Positions 1 through 13,770 of a stretch of DNA of 64,000 nucleotides are shown one piece after another. Location of the stretch: contig CM074513.1 of the NCBI GenBank assembly GCA_037379345.1, positions 40,110,885 through 40,174,884 of the forward strand, written 5' to 3'. Position 1 is the first letter of the stretch. Every line of letters begins with the position of its first letter. A model generated the notes under the pieces. The model ran no database searches, was not told the origin of the DNA, and worked only from the letters and a program-made list of their open reading frames with translations. The translations under genes and the position numbers were made by a program. The stretch is from Perna viridis. Taxonomy: Eukaryota.

Positions 1-439
1 CGGACAGACAGACAGACACTCAACTGAATTTTTATGCATAATAATAAGTGTGGGCTTCATTCACACTTTATCCGAACTGTGCATTTTGCTTGAACAGTAG
101 TTTTTATTATATAATGTAATAAAAGGACAACTACATCTACATATATACTATAAACTTTTCAGACTTGGTACTATGTTTTTTAAGTCATTCTAAATGTGTG
201 AAAATGTCATTTCCTGTTTGTTTGTGATTAATGCTTCAGTTGTTTTTTTGTTGGTTTTTTTTGGGGTAGGGGTGGGGTGGGAGGGAAGGGGAGCTGGATT
301 GAACACCCTTTAATTTTCTGGAGGTTCTGCTCCACACAGTTAAAAGGTGCATAATATATTCTTAAAATTCAAATAATTCATTATGTTATTCAAAACGATG
401 AGTAGGGGGGTTTACCAGTCATGCCAGTTTACACATAAA

Positions 440-660
440 AAGGGGGAGGAGCCGGACATCGGGCACAGATGTTTACACATAGAAGGGGAAGGTTTATTTC
501 AACACATTATATGTCTGGACAATTTTGAAAAAAATGGTGGATGTTGTATAATTAAATTAATTAACGTACTATACTCGTGTAACACATGTACACATGATCC
601 GGACGGTACGTCATTTGAGCATTTGTGAAGCGTATTATAACGCTAGGACCAATGACAGTC
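440..660 (+). promoter_or_regulatory. Candidate promoter/first-exon region
   Basis: Local CpG enrichment in otherwise CpG-poor DNA, with a GGGGGAGGAG box, a TGTTTAC forkhead site, CRE-like TACGTCA and CCAAT near 649. Confidence 0.3.
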
Positions 661-3109
661 TCTGAATTAGGATATTTTACTAAAAATTCACATTTTCTGT
701 AGAAAAAAAGATTGTTTTAAAGACAAACTTAAGAAGTACAGACCACTACATTTATACCTCATGTCATAAATGTATTTGATCTTGTATGGTTTCAGAGGAG
801 TTCCGCTCAAAGAAATCGGTCTCTTTCTTTGGTAGTATAGATAGGCTAAAGGTCAAGGTCATAGAATAAGATTTTTACACACTGCTTAGGGCTATGATTT
901 CCATTGCCTGGAAGTTAGTTTAATAAGAAAATTTAGAATCAATCGACGGGATTAATGTTGGGATCTATTTGCAAACTATCTTATTAAAGTTCATTTGTAC
1001 TTTGTACTCCTGTAATCCACTGTTAGAACCCAAACTTTCTCCATGCCTAATCTAATCTAACTAAAAATCAATGTCAGAAATGGTTTAATACTTCTATGAA
1101 CTGAAATTGCATTTTGACAACTTATGATGTCTGCACTGCTCAATTGAGAGAAATCGCAGCTGGAGTAAAAATACATTATCAAGGATGCAAAACCTGATAA
1201 GTTTCAATTTATATTTCAAACAGCTTAACATAGAGTAAAATAGATGTTGAGGATGAAAGAATAATTGTTTTTAAGTCATGAGTAGATGGAAATGTGATCA
1301 TGGTTGGCTAAAAATTTCACAATCGCTGCAGTTGATCTTAGTATGATTTGTTCTTTTGAATTGAAATGTTTACTGAAGTGTGACATAATTCTAATTTTAT
1401 GCAACTGGAAGTGTGGATTTATTGCATGAAGAGGTTATAAAAGTGTTAATGTTTCCATTTATGCCAATTTTCAAAAGAGCTCTTCAGAATTCTGAATTGA
1501 ATAATTTTCTCAAATAGTTATTAGTATTTGAACAGTTTGAGGGAGATGGCACTAACGACTTTCATTTAAATGACTTTTTAACCTTTTACATTTTATCCAA
1601 GAGGAATCAAGTAGCTGAAGTGATCTTTCTTAAATGTTGCCTCATCACCTAAAGACAAGGTCATGTGTGACTGAATTTAGCAGCCTACTCCTTTAGGTAC
1701 CAGATATATGCTTAAGATTTGTACACATCCATGTTGTTTGGACTAATAGCTGAAATCTTTCTTTTTTGGCACTGACTGATTTAGTCATCTATGCAGATTT
1801 TGAGTTGTTGTAAGATTAACCACCTTAGGGAATCTTCCATCTGTTTTACTTTTCTTGCAATTTGAACATCACCTATATTGCCATCAGCTTCAATCACATT
1901 TTGATATTTTATTACTGTCGACATTGATAAATATGAAGTCATTCCATGTAAAAAATTTGAGGAGCAATGTTAGGATGTATGACCCCCTGAAAGCTGAGTT
2001 CCAGTAAACGTATTCCCTTCTACAATGTAACAGTGAAAGACATGAGAGCTAGTTTAAAAAATCTCGGCTTATGTGCCATCAACAAATTTGATATATATAC
2101 TAAGATCTTTTTTCAAATTAATAACATTCTGGTGTTCATTTGTTCCAGAATATTTTCAGTCATATCTATAGTATTTTGTTAAAAGTTTTAATTAATTATT
2201 TGTTCCACTCCCACCTTCAAACTTATGACACTAACAATACCCTGGCCATAGACAATGAAACATGTCAGACAGCAGGCATTTAGCCTGATCAAAATGGTTT
2301 TTAGTATTTTTTTCAAGTAGTCATCTTTTTGTTATCAAACAGGTTGCATCATAATGCTGATTTTCTAACTAGTCATGTTAGATGCCATTTGTGTATCCAA
2401 TTTTAGCAAGTTGTCTTTATTTGTATAAATGTGCTCTAGATATATTCCATACATGCTGACATGAGTGCACAACCATGCCTGTAGCGAGATCTACATGTGA
2501 TATTCTTAAATGATCACAAGATTACTACCTGGTAGATATTAATTTAACCAACATTGTAAATCAGCTACTATGAAAAACTTCCGTAATGTTTTTATGGAGA
2601 TTTTGGAAATACTAGTCTGTTTTTGACACTCCTTGAGAATAACTGCTGGTTCATCTGTTACATATTTTTTGCATCCTGGCACAGGTTGCATTTAGATATG
2701 AATCTATTTCATGAAAAATTAAAAAAAAAATGATATTTTTGTATTATAATCAGTATACAAAAAATATCAACATGATATGCTATCTACTTTATAAGCATTG
2801 TTTTTATTTATTAAAATATTGAAGGTACATATATTTATCTCTATTCTGAAATATGTTCATTTCCTTCTGTTGAGGTTGTTGTATCTTAGTTATATTCACT
2901 GTATTCATTCTCATTGTATTTATTATGATAAACTCACTGAATATGGCCACTTATACTATAAATTGTTTCTTATGGACTTGTAGACTTTGTATAACATTTT
3001 CCCCATCATAAAACGGGCAAAAATTTATTATAGTTTTTATCATTAATGCCAGAATAAAGGATTTGTGTTGTAAAAAAATATATTCATATACATAATTATG
3101 ATGTAGTAC

Positions 3110-4320
3110 TGCCTCCCTCATGATTTAATGATATTGAAGTTAAGAATCATATGTTTTATCTCAAAATGCTGTAAATTTATTACATTCAGTTATTTATCAA
3201 ATAGATCACAATGTGTCAAAATGGGATTTATATTTAGTATGTTGCAAAATATTTATAAAGGTGTTCCCCAAGGCTCAATATTTGGACCAGTATTATTCAA
3301 CATTTTCATAAATGATTAATTTTCCTTTGTTAAAGACAGTACCCTGTATAACTGTGCAGATGATAATACATTGTCATACTCAGACTGTGACATTGATGGA
3401 TTAATCACAACTTTGGAAAACGAAAGTGATATTTTAATAAAGTGGTTTAAGATAATAAGATGAATGCTAATCCAGAAAAATTTCAGGCTAATGCCATTAG
3501 GAGAAGAACTAAAACTAAGTATTTAAAATTCAATTTGGATGGGAACAAAATTATTTGTAAAAATGAAGTGAAGCTCCTGGATGTGACAATCAATTATCAA
3601 TTGAAATTTAATTCATACATTTCAGATATATGTAAAAAAGCATCAAGGCAGTTAAATGTACTAAAACAAATCTGAAACAATAGAAGTGATATTATTAATA
3701 AGAAATCTCCATTATACCATCATGATGTTATTTCATTAGCAAAATATTAATTATTCTTTTAGAAAAGACAATATAGCAGAAGTTCTAAGGGTAAGAATAA
3801 ACAACTATGAATTGCATTCAGAAAGTTATGCTGGGGCCATACTCTGGAATGAGCTGCCTAAAGAGGTTCATGCGTAGTCTGACTTAATGCAGTTTTAAAG
3901 TCTAATTAACAACTGGGATGGCAACTCTTGCAGATGTGGCTCCTGCGGATCTTAAACTTCTTTCTTTTTCTTGACTTATTCATTTCTATCAGTTCAGACA
4001 TGGTTGATTAAGCATTTATTTAGCTTACACATGTGATAAATTAGGACTTAATGCTTGAGTATGTTTTGATCCCTTGTGCTGTAAGTATGCTAGCTTCAGC
4101 TATGTACATGCTAGACTTACTGTCTTATGTGTGTGTGTCTTACATTTATTTTGTTTTATATGTCCTATTGCATGCACATGTAGTGTATCTTATGTTTTAT
4201 GTGTATAATATGTTTTGTTTTATTGTAATTATTTATTTTGGTGAAAAGCTCGATATAGCTTATGTTTGTATGTTTACTTAAATCTGACTTAAATAGTTTC
4301 TTAGTCTTAGTCTTAGTCTT
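3110..4320 (+). mobile_element. 5'-truncated, decayed CR1/L2-group LINE (RT C-terminal part, 3' UTR and (GTCTTA)n tail)
   Basis: Translates to YLSNRSQCVK..GVPQGSIFGPVLFNIFIND, (Y/C)ADDNTL, MNANPEKFQ and ICKKASRQLNVLK, interrupted by stops and frameshifts. Ends in short tandem repeats at about 4297-4320. Boundaries approximate. Confidence 0.88.
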
Positions 4321-4375
4321 AAATCAGACTATAATTGTCTAGTATTGTTAAAGAACATTTGAAATTTAGGTTTCA

Positions 4376-5294
4376 TTTTTAGCACATATGGCCTCAATCA
4401 CTTGGCATTGTCATTTGTTAACAATTCTTGTCTGAAACTACTTGACAGATTTTAATGAAAGTTGGCTTGAATGTACCTGGTATTCTGTCTAAAAATTGCA
4501 TCTGGATGTTTTTTATTCCTGAAAACATGGCTGTCAGGGGAAAAAATGATGTTTTTGTGGTTCTAGCAATTGTCTTGAAAACCGTAATAGATGGAAACAA
4601 GGCCTACAAAAGTTTGTTATTGTGATGAAGTTTTAAGATGGCCCTTGAAACACTAGTCATTTATGTGGTTTTTATACCGGCCACAAGTAGTGGTGAGATA
4701 TTATGTGATACCCTTGGAAAAAAATTTGCACTTGTGTGTCTGTCTGTCTTTCAATCCATCCACCCATAGTTTCCAGACGATAAATTGAGAACATATCAAT
4801 TAATTGTTTTGAAATTCTTAACAGTTGTTAAGTACTATAAAATACAGGTTAATTTAAATTTTCAGATAAATCCTTAAGAATACTTTTTGACTTTTTTCAC
4901 TGTTTACCATTTACCATGATGACCTGAGAACAGATGTAAGAATTGCTTTGAAACTTTGAATAGTTGTTAAGTACTATGAAATACAGGTTAAATTTAGTTT
5001 TGAAAACCCATGGGCTGCCTTTGGCTGATATTTATCATTCTAGTTCTGTTGTTTCTTTGACATATTCACCATTTTTACTGGTTTTAAATCCTACATTTAT
5101 GTATATAAACAATGTGGTAGGGTGTCATTTAATCTCTCATCATATATCCAATTTTTGGCTTATACTTTAAAACCTTATCAGGTAGGGAAAAGGTTTCATA
5201 TGATATATATATAGAATATTTTTTTATTCCTGAGGTCAAATGTTAATAAGGTGAGAAATGAGTTCCAAGTCAGGACATATAAAGCTTCTAGTTA
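4376..5294 (+). mobile_element. Decayed Helentron-associated (HINE/pearl-like) element, apparently with a second one nested at about 4668-5170
   Basis: T-run start tttttagc.., typical internal text (tctgaaactact..gattttaatgaaagttgg, aaaacatggctg) and an aggtgag..ctagtt end. The inner element starts ttttataccg with a (TCTG)/(TCCA) microsatellite and a duplicated core. Family assigned from recalled similarity. Confidence 0.55.
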
Positions 5295-8200
5295 TTTGAA
5301 ACAAATTCTGGAATTAAAAGATAAAAAAGTTTAACTCATTTCTTGTTTGAACTGAAAATTTTGTTTCAGAAATGAGAAAAAAATTCCATGTAAGAAAAAA
5401 GTGTTTTGTTTCTTTAAAAATATTCAGTATTCAATAGATAAAGTTTTTGACTGGCAGCTAGAAAATTTTTAATTCAAAGGTATGGTTTTCCTATATATAA
5501 CTTTTTGCTTAGTGTTGTTCTATTTTGTTTTGTTACAGTGTGTTGTCTTGTGTTTTTTTTTTTTTTTTTTTTTTTTAATTTTTAAAAATTTGTTATTTCA
5601 TATATTATTTTTTAACAGGATGATGGGTCCTGGTAGCTATTTCAAATATTCTTTTCTCAGGAGATTTCCTTACATTGAAAGTTAGGAACAATACTGGTAG
5701 ATATAATTGGTGCTGCTTGTATATCTGTATAAAATGCTCACCCTCGCCACCATCCTTGTGTTAAGGTTAAAGGCTAATTGTTGAATCACTGAAATGTCTT
5801 ATTCTTACAGGACAAATGTTTTCAATGGACAAATACTCTCAAAGGGTATTTAATTTCTCCAGCCCATGATCTTTTAGTCACACGAAAATTTTGTAGGATT
5901 ATTTGAAGAAGGGTTGTTCACATCTTTCAAAGAACATTGGCCTTAAAATACCTTATTATGTGACCTCTGGGTCTGTCAAAACAAGTCGACCCTCCTAAAT
6001 ATGTAATGAATAACCAAATGTTTCTTAACCAAACAAAATGGAGAAAAGGCATTTTAAATAGAAACCTTTTGTAAAAAGACAATATTTAGTAATGGCTCGA
6101 TGACAAATAGATACAAGAATCGGTAAAAGTAGATGTACTCTATAGAAACTTTATTGGCCAGTGACCGAAATTTATAAAAAAAAATTACAATGAATTTCAA
6201 TTTAATTTTATGTTTTAAAATAAGTTCATGCTTGAAATGATACATGATAAATCGATTTAACGTTGTTGTAAGTTAGAACATATAATATATCAGATAAATC
6301 CAGGCTTTATATTATGACAGTAGTGGTATGTTTTCTCATCTAATTACAGTGTTTAGTGAAAAAGTGTAGGTCTTGCAAATTATACTCAAACTGTATTGAT
6401 TTTTGACTTGTAGTGTTTGGAGCCATTATTATTGGAACCATGTAAGTTGATTTGTAAAGTATTGTATTCCTCTTAATTTAATTTTGTTTGGCAGTATTGA
6501 AATTTTATAGTAATGCAGTCATTTCTATCAGGTTTAGGACATCGTTACGGCTTCCTCTCTTGGTTAGAACGGTAATTGCATTATTTGCTTTTCCTATTTT
6601 TTTGGTTTTTTTTATGTCACAATATCTTGACTTTCTGTGTTTTCAGTACTCTTGGAGAGTAATGTTGAGATATTGAGTTTCTTTTTGAAAACTGCTGGAG
6701 TTAATTGATTCTCCTTGTCATCCAATAGTTTCTTACAATTATTATTATGTCACATATAATTATAATTTTTTTCATCTTCATTGCATAAAAGGAAAAATAA
6801 CTTGTAGAATAAAAACGAATTCTCTATATTCCTTGTGAATCAATGTAATGGTAGACAGTAAATCCCATCCATCACACCAGGTCCATGCTACCAGATTTTA
6901 GTGTAGTCCAGGCTGCTCATTTACTTCTGTTTTTGTGTTATTATGGTTATTTAATGTCCACTGTTGTGTCTGTATAATTTACCAGCTGTTGTGTCTGTAT
7001 ATTTTGCCAGCCTAGTGTTTATCCTTGAAATATATTCTTTTGGTTTCCCCTCGATATATTTGGTTTCCTTTTTAACTCTTACTCCACATTGTAGTCCTAC
7101 TGGTAGGACATTAACACTGGACAATGTACTTTAGCTGTATTTTAGTCCAGCTTTCATTTCTAATATTGACAATTGTTGTTATCTCATGACCCTAACATCT
7201 CTATTTGACTGTAATAAGTTAAAACAAAAAATAATAACAACATTGAATTATAAATGATAGGTCAGCTGATTTATTTAGGATTTATTTTTCTATATCAGAG
7301 GTTACAATCTTGGACCTATCTTAAAAAGACGAATAAGACCTCCTTATAGAAGTACTAATGCTTCATTTATAGGTGCTAATAGAAGACCTGGAGTTGTTTA
7401 AAGTCTCAACACTGGTTTTATTTACTTGTTTTTCTTTACAGTTGTGAAGATAAATTAACAGCTATTCTATCTGTGAAATGATTTGACATTTAAAGTTGAC
7501 CACTGCTTTGATCTGCTAGTCCTTTCACTTGACCAATGGCTCTTTCTATTGTCAGGTTATATCTTTAAAGTTTTATTTTATTGTCATAGGTTGAGCACCA
7601 TTTGTTGCATCTTACGCCTTGCTAATGAAAGTTAACAATACATTTTAATAAAGACACGTGGCTATAACCATTAATTAGCATCTTCACATTGATCCACCCG
7701 TTATTTCATGAGTGAATGATTGCTAGCGGTTTCTCTAGGTTGTCGATTAAAGTTATGGGCCATCTTTAGTGCAGAGAAATTAAAGAAAGTGTTGTTTGAA
7801 TAATGGTGATTAAAATTTTCGCAATGGTCTGACCTCTGGTCATGTCCTTTGACCACAAGTTCAGGACAGGTGCAGTCACTGCATCACAAATTTTCCTTTT
7901 ATTTTAATAATTCCTTGATGTATTAATATTTCCATGCACGCATCTGTCCATATTTTAAATCCCAATGTTGGTCTGCTGGTCTTATCAGGAGATAATGTGA
8001 GTTTAATGACATAGGTTAAATTTAAAATGGACATGATAGTTGTGAATTTATTTTGGAACCTTATGGTAAGGGGGTACTCTGTGTTCCTAGCTGATAGCAA
8101 TTAATCATGAAGACATTTTCATTATTTTTTGCTAAAAAGCTTCTGTCAATTATGATGTGTTTTTGGCAGAAATTGTGGTCATTTTTCATAACATTAGCAT

Positions 8201-10217
8201 GCATGACCAAATTTTGTCTGTCTATGATTGGTTACTGTTTGGTCTGAAAAATATTTGATTCAGCATGATAATACTTAAACATGAGGTAGGGTCATGAATT
8301 TAAAAAGAATATATATGCACAGACATACTGAAATAGATGATGTTTGTTTTTTTATTTTGCTTAACCCTTCAGTTACTTGAAAGCTGGGTTTGGGTGAACA
8401 ATGAAGTACTTTGTACTCTATCTGTCAGATTGAAAATAAAAAGACATGGGGATGGAAGCAACATTCTAATTTAGAGATTTATCAGATTGTAGAAACAAAG
8501 CATTTTATACTGCCTCAATTACAGATCATATTTTTTTTTCAATTTTTAGAACTAATGCAATGAAATACATTTTGTTCAAAATTATTGAAACATGCTATTC
8601 TTTGTTAGTTATAATTATCTACCATATTGATATAGAATGAAATGTTTTATTTGTTCATAATTATGCAACATTTTTGTAATGCATTTTCAAGTTTTAAAAT
8701 TCATGAATTTAATATGACTATTTTGTTTAATAATAGTGAAAATAGTGGATTTAAATTATGCTGTTTAAATTTTAACAAATAAACACAACATTTAATCAAA
8801 TACCCCATAACATATTCCACAATTTCCACTCTGTTTAACATCAAATTGATAATCAACAGAATTTTTGTGGGAATATATTTTCATGATTTTTTTTCTTCCT
8901 TGAGAAATTAGTGAAAATAAATTTTCATTAGTTTTGGCTTGCATTGTAGAAATGTTACTCTGAGTAGCTACCTCATATGATAGGAATATAAAATAAAGAT
9001 ATAGATCATCCTTATACAGGGAGACCTGGAGAGACTCATAGAGCCTGAGGTAGACAAACCACTGTTAAGAAGATTAGAAGCCAATAAGGGGTAATGAAAA
9101 TAAAGATTTATTAGGAGATAAAATGAGCAAACCAGTATGGAAGGTCCTGGACTTTTCTGACTTTGAAATCCATGGACCACTTGAGAAAACTAAATTCCTC
9201 AGTAAAGTATCAATGTAAAGAGTAAAAGATCCAAGATCTATGTAATTAAAATTTCAAAGATTCTAAGTCAGAAATTGAAGGTCTTGGACCTTGAACCATC
9301 ACTAATATGAACACTGTTATATTAAAAGAAATGATGAATATTTAGTAAAGATGTAACCTGTTCTTATAGAATTATTGATTAAGTGGTTCCAGAACATGAG
9401 AACTTGTGTTTCATGAAACATATGATTATCTAGGTTCAAACACATTAACTTTATATTTCTCAGTCAATGATGTAGAGTTGGACACAATTTAATCTCCATT
9501 TTAAGTCTATGCATACTTGCTCATAAAATTGTACTGACTTGAAAGTAAAGGTTAATTTCTATGAAGCCATTTTCTCATTTTGGTTTATATTTTCTGATGA
9601 GCAGGGAATAAAATTGATTTTGTCCTCCAAAGTTATGCTCATATTTTGATCAAGATTACTAACTACATTACAAGGCCATTTATAATGTTAACCTGAGACT
9701 TGTGTTTATGTAAGATAGGATCATTTTTGCCAAAGTATGCTGTTTCTCCATTTAAAAAAGGAATGGAATGAAATCTAAATACACTACCTGTAGCTTATTT
9801 CAACTGAAATAAAATGTACTTTATTCTCTATACATGATGTATACCAGGTCAGTTTGCAGGTTTCCTGAAACAGGGGGTTGAGGGGGACCTGGGGAGAGGG
9901 TTTTTAGAGCGGGGTCCCCTGCCAGTTAGAAATTTTTTTAAAAATGGAAAATTTTTTTTTCAGAATTGGGTTTATTATAAGGTAATGACATGTATATTAA
10001 ATTTATTGAAAAAATGGAAAAATTCTATTTCTCTCTTACCCTTTTTTGTGGAAAGGGGGATAGGAAAGCAACCAAGACACCCATTCCAAAAGCCATGCAT
10101 ACAAATTACATACATTATGTGAAGGAATCACGTTGAGATTTATGCATGTGTATCATTCAAAGAAGTATTGCATCGAGTAGTTAAACAGGTTTATGTAACC
10201 ACTGGATGTCGTGATAT

Positions 10218-10355
10218 CACCATCCCCAACAGTTCAGAGGTTTGATTTATGCAGTCATATCAAACTGCACCCTGTGAAGCATCTTATTTATAATTTGATG
10301 AGTTTTGATTGTATTGCAGGCAGAGATAGTGTAGTCCCCGAACATACACCACATA
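10218..10355 (+). repeat. 138-bp direct duplicate of 13633-13770
   Basis: 135/138 identical by direct comparison. Confidence 0.95.
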
Positions 10356-12443
10356 AGTGCTAAGTTATATATATATAACAGTAGTCATTTTTAATAGAAA
10401 AAGTCCGTAACATCACATTAACGTGACTTCGTGTTATATGCATTGAGAACTGACTTCATATTGAAATTCCTGTAGTTTGTTCATTTTGATATATAAACAG
10501 AACATGCTGTTTTACATGTTAAGAATATACAGTATTCTGTTTTGTTTAGGTTATACATATCAAAAATTCTGTTTTTATCAATTTTTAACAAATTTAAAGT
10601 GGTTTTTGTTTATTGTTGATACTTGTATTGTAGGTTATTTTTGTGGTACCTAAGTCTTGTTTTCGTAAAAACAAATGTCACTCTAAATGGCGTTTAATGA
10701 TGAAATAAATTTGTTTTTGAGTTTTGTATCAAAATACCTCGTGTTGCCGGTTCATACCTGGAACTTCCCTACTATTTCTGAACAATACACAAAAATATAT
10801 TTCAAATGTAATTCCTTTATATCATTCAATACATCTTTTATAACCTGTAAATATGTGTTTGGCAATTTTCCATCTCAATTATATTCTCTCATTTCTGCAA
10901 ATAAAATGAAAATCTAGTCTTCAAATGAACTGAAGATTTGAGGGACTCCTTTTGGGATGTTTAGTAATAAATCAGCTGTTAGGGAATGAAATTTTTGCAG
11001 TAACGTGCCAAGAAGCATTAGATGTGCTAAGCTTGTTCCTTTTTTATACAATTATCAGTCAAAATCTCCATCCTATCATCATTATTTTAAGATTATTAAA
11101 CAGGAAGTGAAAAGCAGTGATTTTACCCAAGTAAAATTGGCGGGAAAATTCAAATTGATAAAGAGTGTCTAGTTATGAAAATCATAATATGTTGATCAAG
11201 GAAATTATTTTCGTAAACTGAAATTAGTTCCATTTGAGTCTAATTACAGTGTAGAATAATACTCTGTTGAAATACTTTCGATGTGATCGCAAATTAACTT
11301 TTGGACACTGGTTTAAAAAAAAATGGGAACAGGGTGAAACAGAAAACAATTTGTAAATGTGTGTAAAGTTATACACTGTTTAACTATCAGTTACAGTTTT
11401 TACTTCAGAAATCAATAATATCGATTGACATTCAGTTTGTACATATTAGGTAAATCAGTTCTAAATAGTATGGGAAATGCAAATGTATGATTATTGTTTT
11501 ATTTTACATCATGTAATATTTTAAATCTTGTCCATCTTAAAATTTTCACAAGAATCAAAAACCCCAGTGCTAACAGCACTTTGATTACATCTTTTTTTTT
11601 GTGTTGAAAAAAAAAATAAGATTGAGAATATTCTTTCTCTAAAAATTTCTGACAATTCGTGAAAAAATGTCAAAAAATTTATACCTAATGACTAAATACA
11701 ATTGAACAAAGATCATTAACAAAACATTCGAATGTACATTGATATTACCTCAGGTCAGAATGACTTAAACTTTTTAGAAAACTAAAAGAAAAAAGGAAAA
11801 ACTTTTAAAGCATACATACAATAGAACCAATATAATATATATAAAAAATGAAGAAATTTGAAAGACATTGATATGTTAGTGCCCATTTGATTTTACAACT
11901 TTTACCTTTGAAACATAATTTCTTACAAATTACTAATGTCCAGTTACCTGGTTTCTGATTAGGATTCAAATTGATCCATCTGTCCCGTTAAAATTACGAG
12001 AGGCATTGTTCAAAAACCTTTATGGTCATCAGGTAGCCACACCCACTTTTAACCACATCTGCAGCCTCAAATTTGACTTGTTGAGGCTATTTACAAGTAA
12101 GGTTTGGAAAAATCTAGAGTGTTTTTTTCTGTGTCCTTGTTAATTGGAAATACAGTTATTAATTTAGATTTAGTAAGTGAGGTATCACCAAGTTATGAAT
12201 AATTATTGATGTTAAGGGCCATTAAGTGCCGATGTACTTTGAAGTTAGATGTATTTTTTCTGGTAATTGTACAGAGAAAATTGTATTTCAACTTGACTGT
12301 TGCATTTAGGCTTTATTTTCAATTCACAGATTATACTAATACATTTTTGTAGTTTCTTAATGGAGTTCTTCAAGTTGCTCTGTTATGACCAGAGTTTCAG
12401 TAGTATATATATTTAGTTTTAATTATGTTTTATTTCATTTTAG

Positions 12444-12554
12444 AGTACTGATGTCCACTAGTAGATCAATTTAGAAGATTTAGTCCTTTTGGAAGATACT
12501 TTCAAGAATAGGATCAAAGTTGAAATTATCAAGTTCTGAACGGACTTGATTCTG
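12444..12554 (+). other. Candidate non-coding 5' UTR exon of MEF2 (111 nt)
   Basis: Acceptor ttttatttcattttag| and donor CTG|gtgagt. Contains a short uORF (ATG TCC ACT AGT AGA TCA ATT TAG). No transcript evidence available. Confidence 0.45.
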
Positions 12555-12829
12555 GTGAGTGGATATTGATGTATTGACATATTTAAATTCATATATATTC
12601 TATTGTACACACGTCCATTAATGTTTACGTTCATGAATACTAATGTTTGTTTGAATATTGTTTGAGTGTTAATGGTCTGAAAGTTTTCAAGAACAATGAG
12701 AGTCTGGTATTAATTTGTTTAGTATTTGGTAGGATATGGGACTTCTTTCTGGAGGCTGATTTTGGAATACAAGCTCTACTTCTAAATACTATTAACACAT
12801 ACAATTTTTGCCATTGCTAATGTTAGCTG

Positions 12830-13702
12830 TTCTGTTGCATGGACATAATTGGGGTATAAATTTTTGTAGTTTCGAAAAATGATAAGTGTTATATATAGTG
12901 TTAAAAGTCAATTTAGCAGGTAATATTTATGTCCATGTTATCATTTTGACACTTGGGTTTCATGCAATAAATTAAGTATTACTTGATTGTTCTTCATTAA
13001 ATTTCATGATATTGTTCAAAACCACAAGTGGACAGTTGGTATTGAATTTGAGGGTTATGGCATCAACTGTTTTGGAGTTAAGGGCTTAGAAGGGGACCAA
13101 AAACAAGCATTTCACTGAATTTAACTACCCTATATATGCATCTAATAGAAGTACATGGATGTTCATAGTAATGTTCCACAATATTCGATACTACAAGGGT
13201 TGTACTGGGATTGGGGGTTCAGCGATACTGCAATGGTTGTATTGGGATTGGGGGTTCAGTGATACTACAATGGTTGTACAGGGGGGTTCAGGTTTGAGCC
13301 TTTTTTGAGGACTAACAAGAGACCTGAAACAAGCATTTCTCTGATGTTTAAATGATAATTATAGTAAAATGGGTTGGCTCTCTAATATTGTACCAGAAAG
13401 TGTCATTCTTCCGATGGTAGGTTGTATTTAATTTTGGTGGTTATTTTTGGTTTTTGGAACCATTTAATTTTGGTGGTTATGACTGGAACCATTTAACTTT
13501 GGTGGTTATGACTTGAACCATTTAATTTTGGTGGTTATGACTGGAACAATTTAGGAATTGATAGCCAAATAGTAAGTAACCACTTCATTTCTGGCTAAAT
13601 TCTTATTTTGTAGCATATGTCTAATAAAGCTGCACCATCCCCAACAGTTCAGGGGTTTGATTTATGCAGTCATATCAAACTGCACCCTGTGAAGCATCTT
13701 AT
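12830..13702 (+). mobile_element. Decayed HINE-like element with internal tandem arrays
   Basis: Repeated core (..aaacaagcattt..), a 37-bp array at 13187-13291, a 29-bp array at about 13456-13550, and 3' end gcagtcatatcaaactgcaccctgtgaagcatcttatt. Start approximate. Confidence 0.55.
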
Positions 13703-13770
13703 TTATAATTTAATGAGTTTTGATTGTATTGCAGGCAGAGATAGTGTAGTCCCGGAACATACACCACATA
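13633..13770 (+). repeat. 138-bp direct duplicate of 10218-10355
   Basis: 135/138 identical by direct comparison. Confidence 0.95.

Noticed and set aside
383-628. 81-aa ORF and the many other 60-100 aa ORFs in the track
   Set aside because: They have no recognisable domains, show AT-rich intron-like composition (F/L/I/Y/K-rich), often use non-ATG starts, and have no splice-compatible partners.
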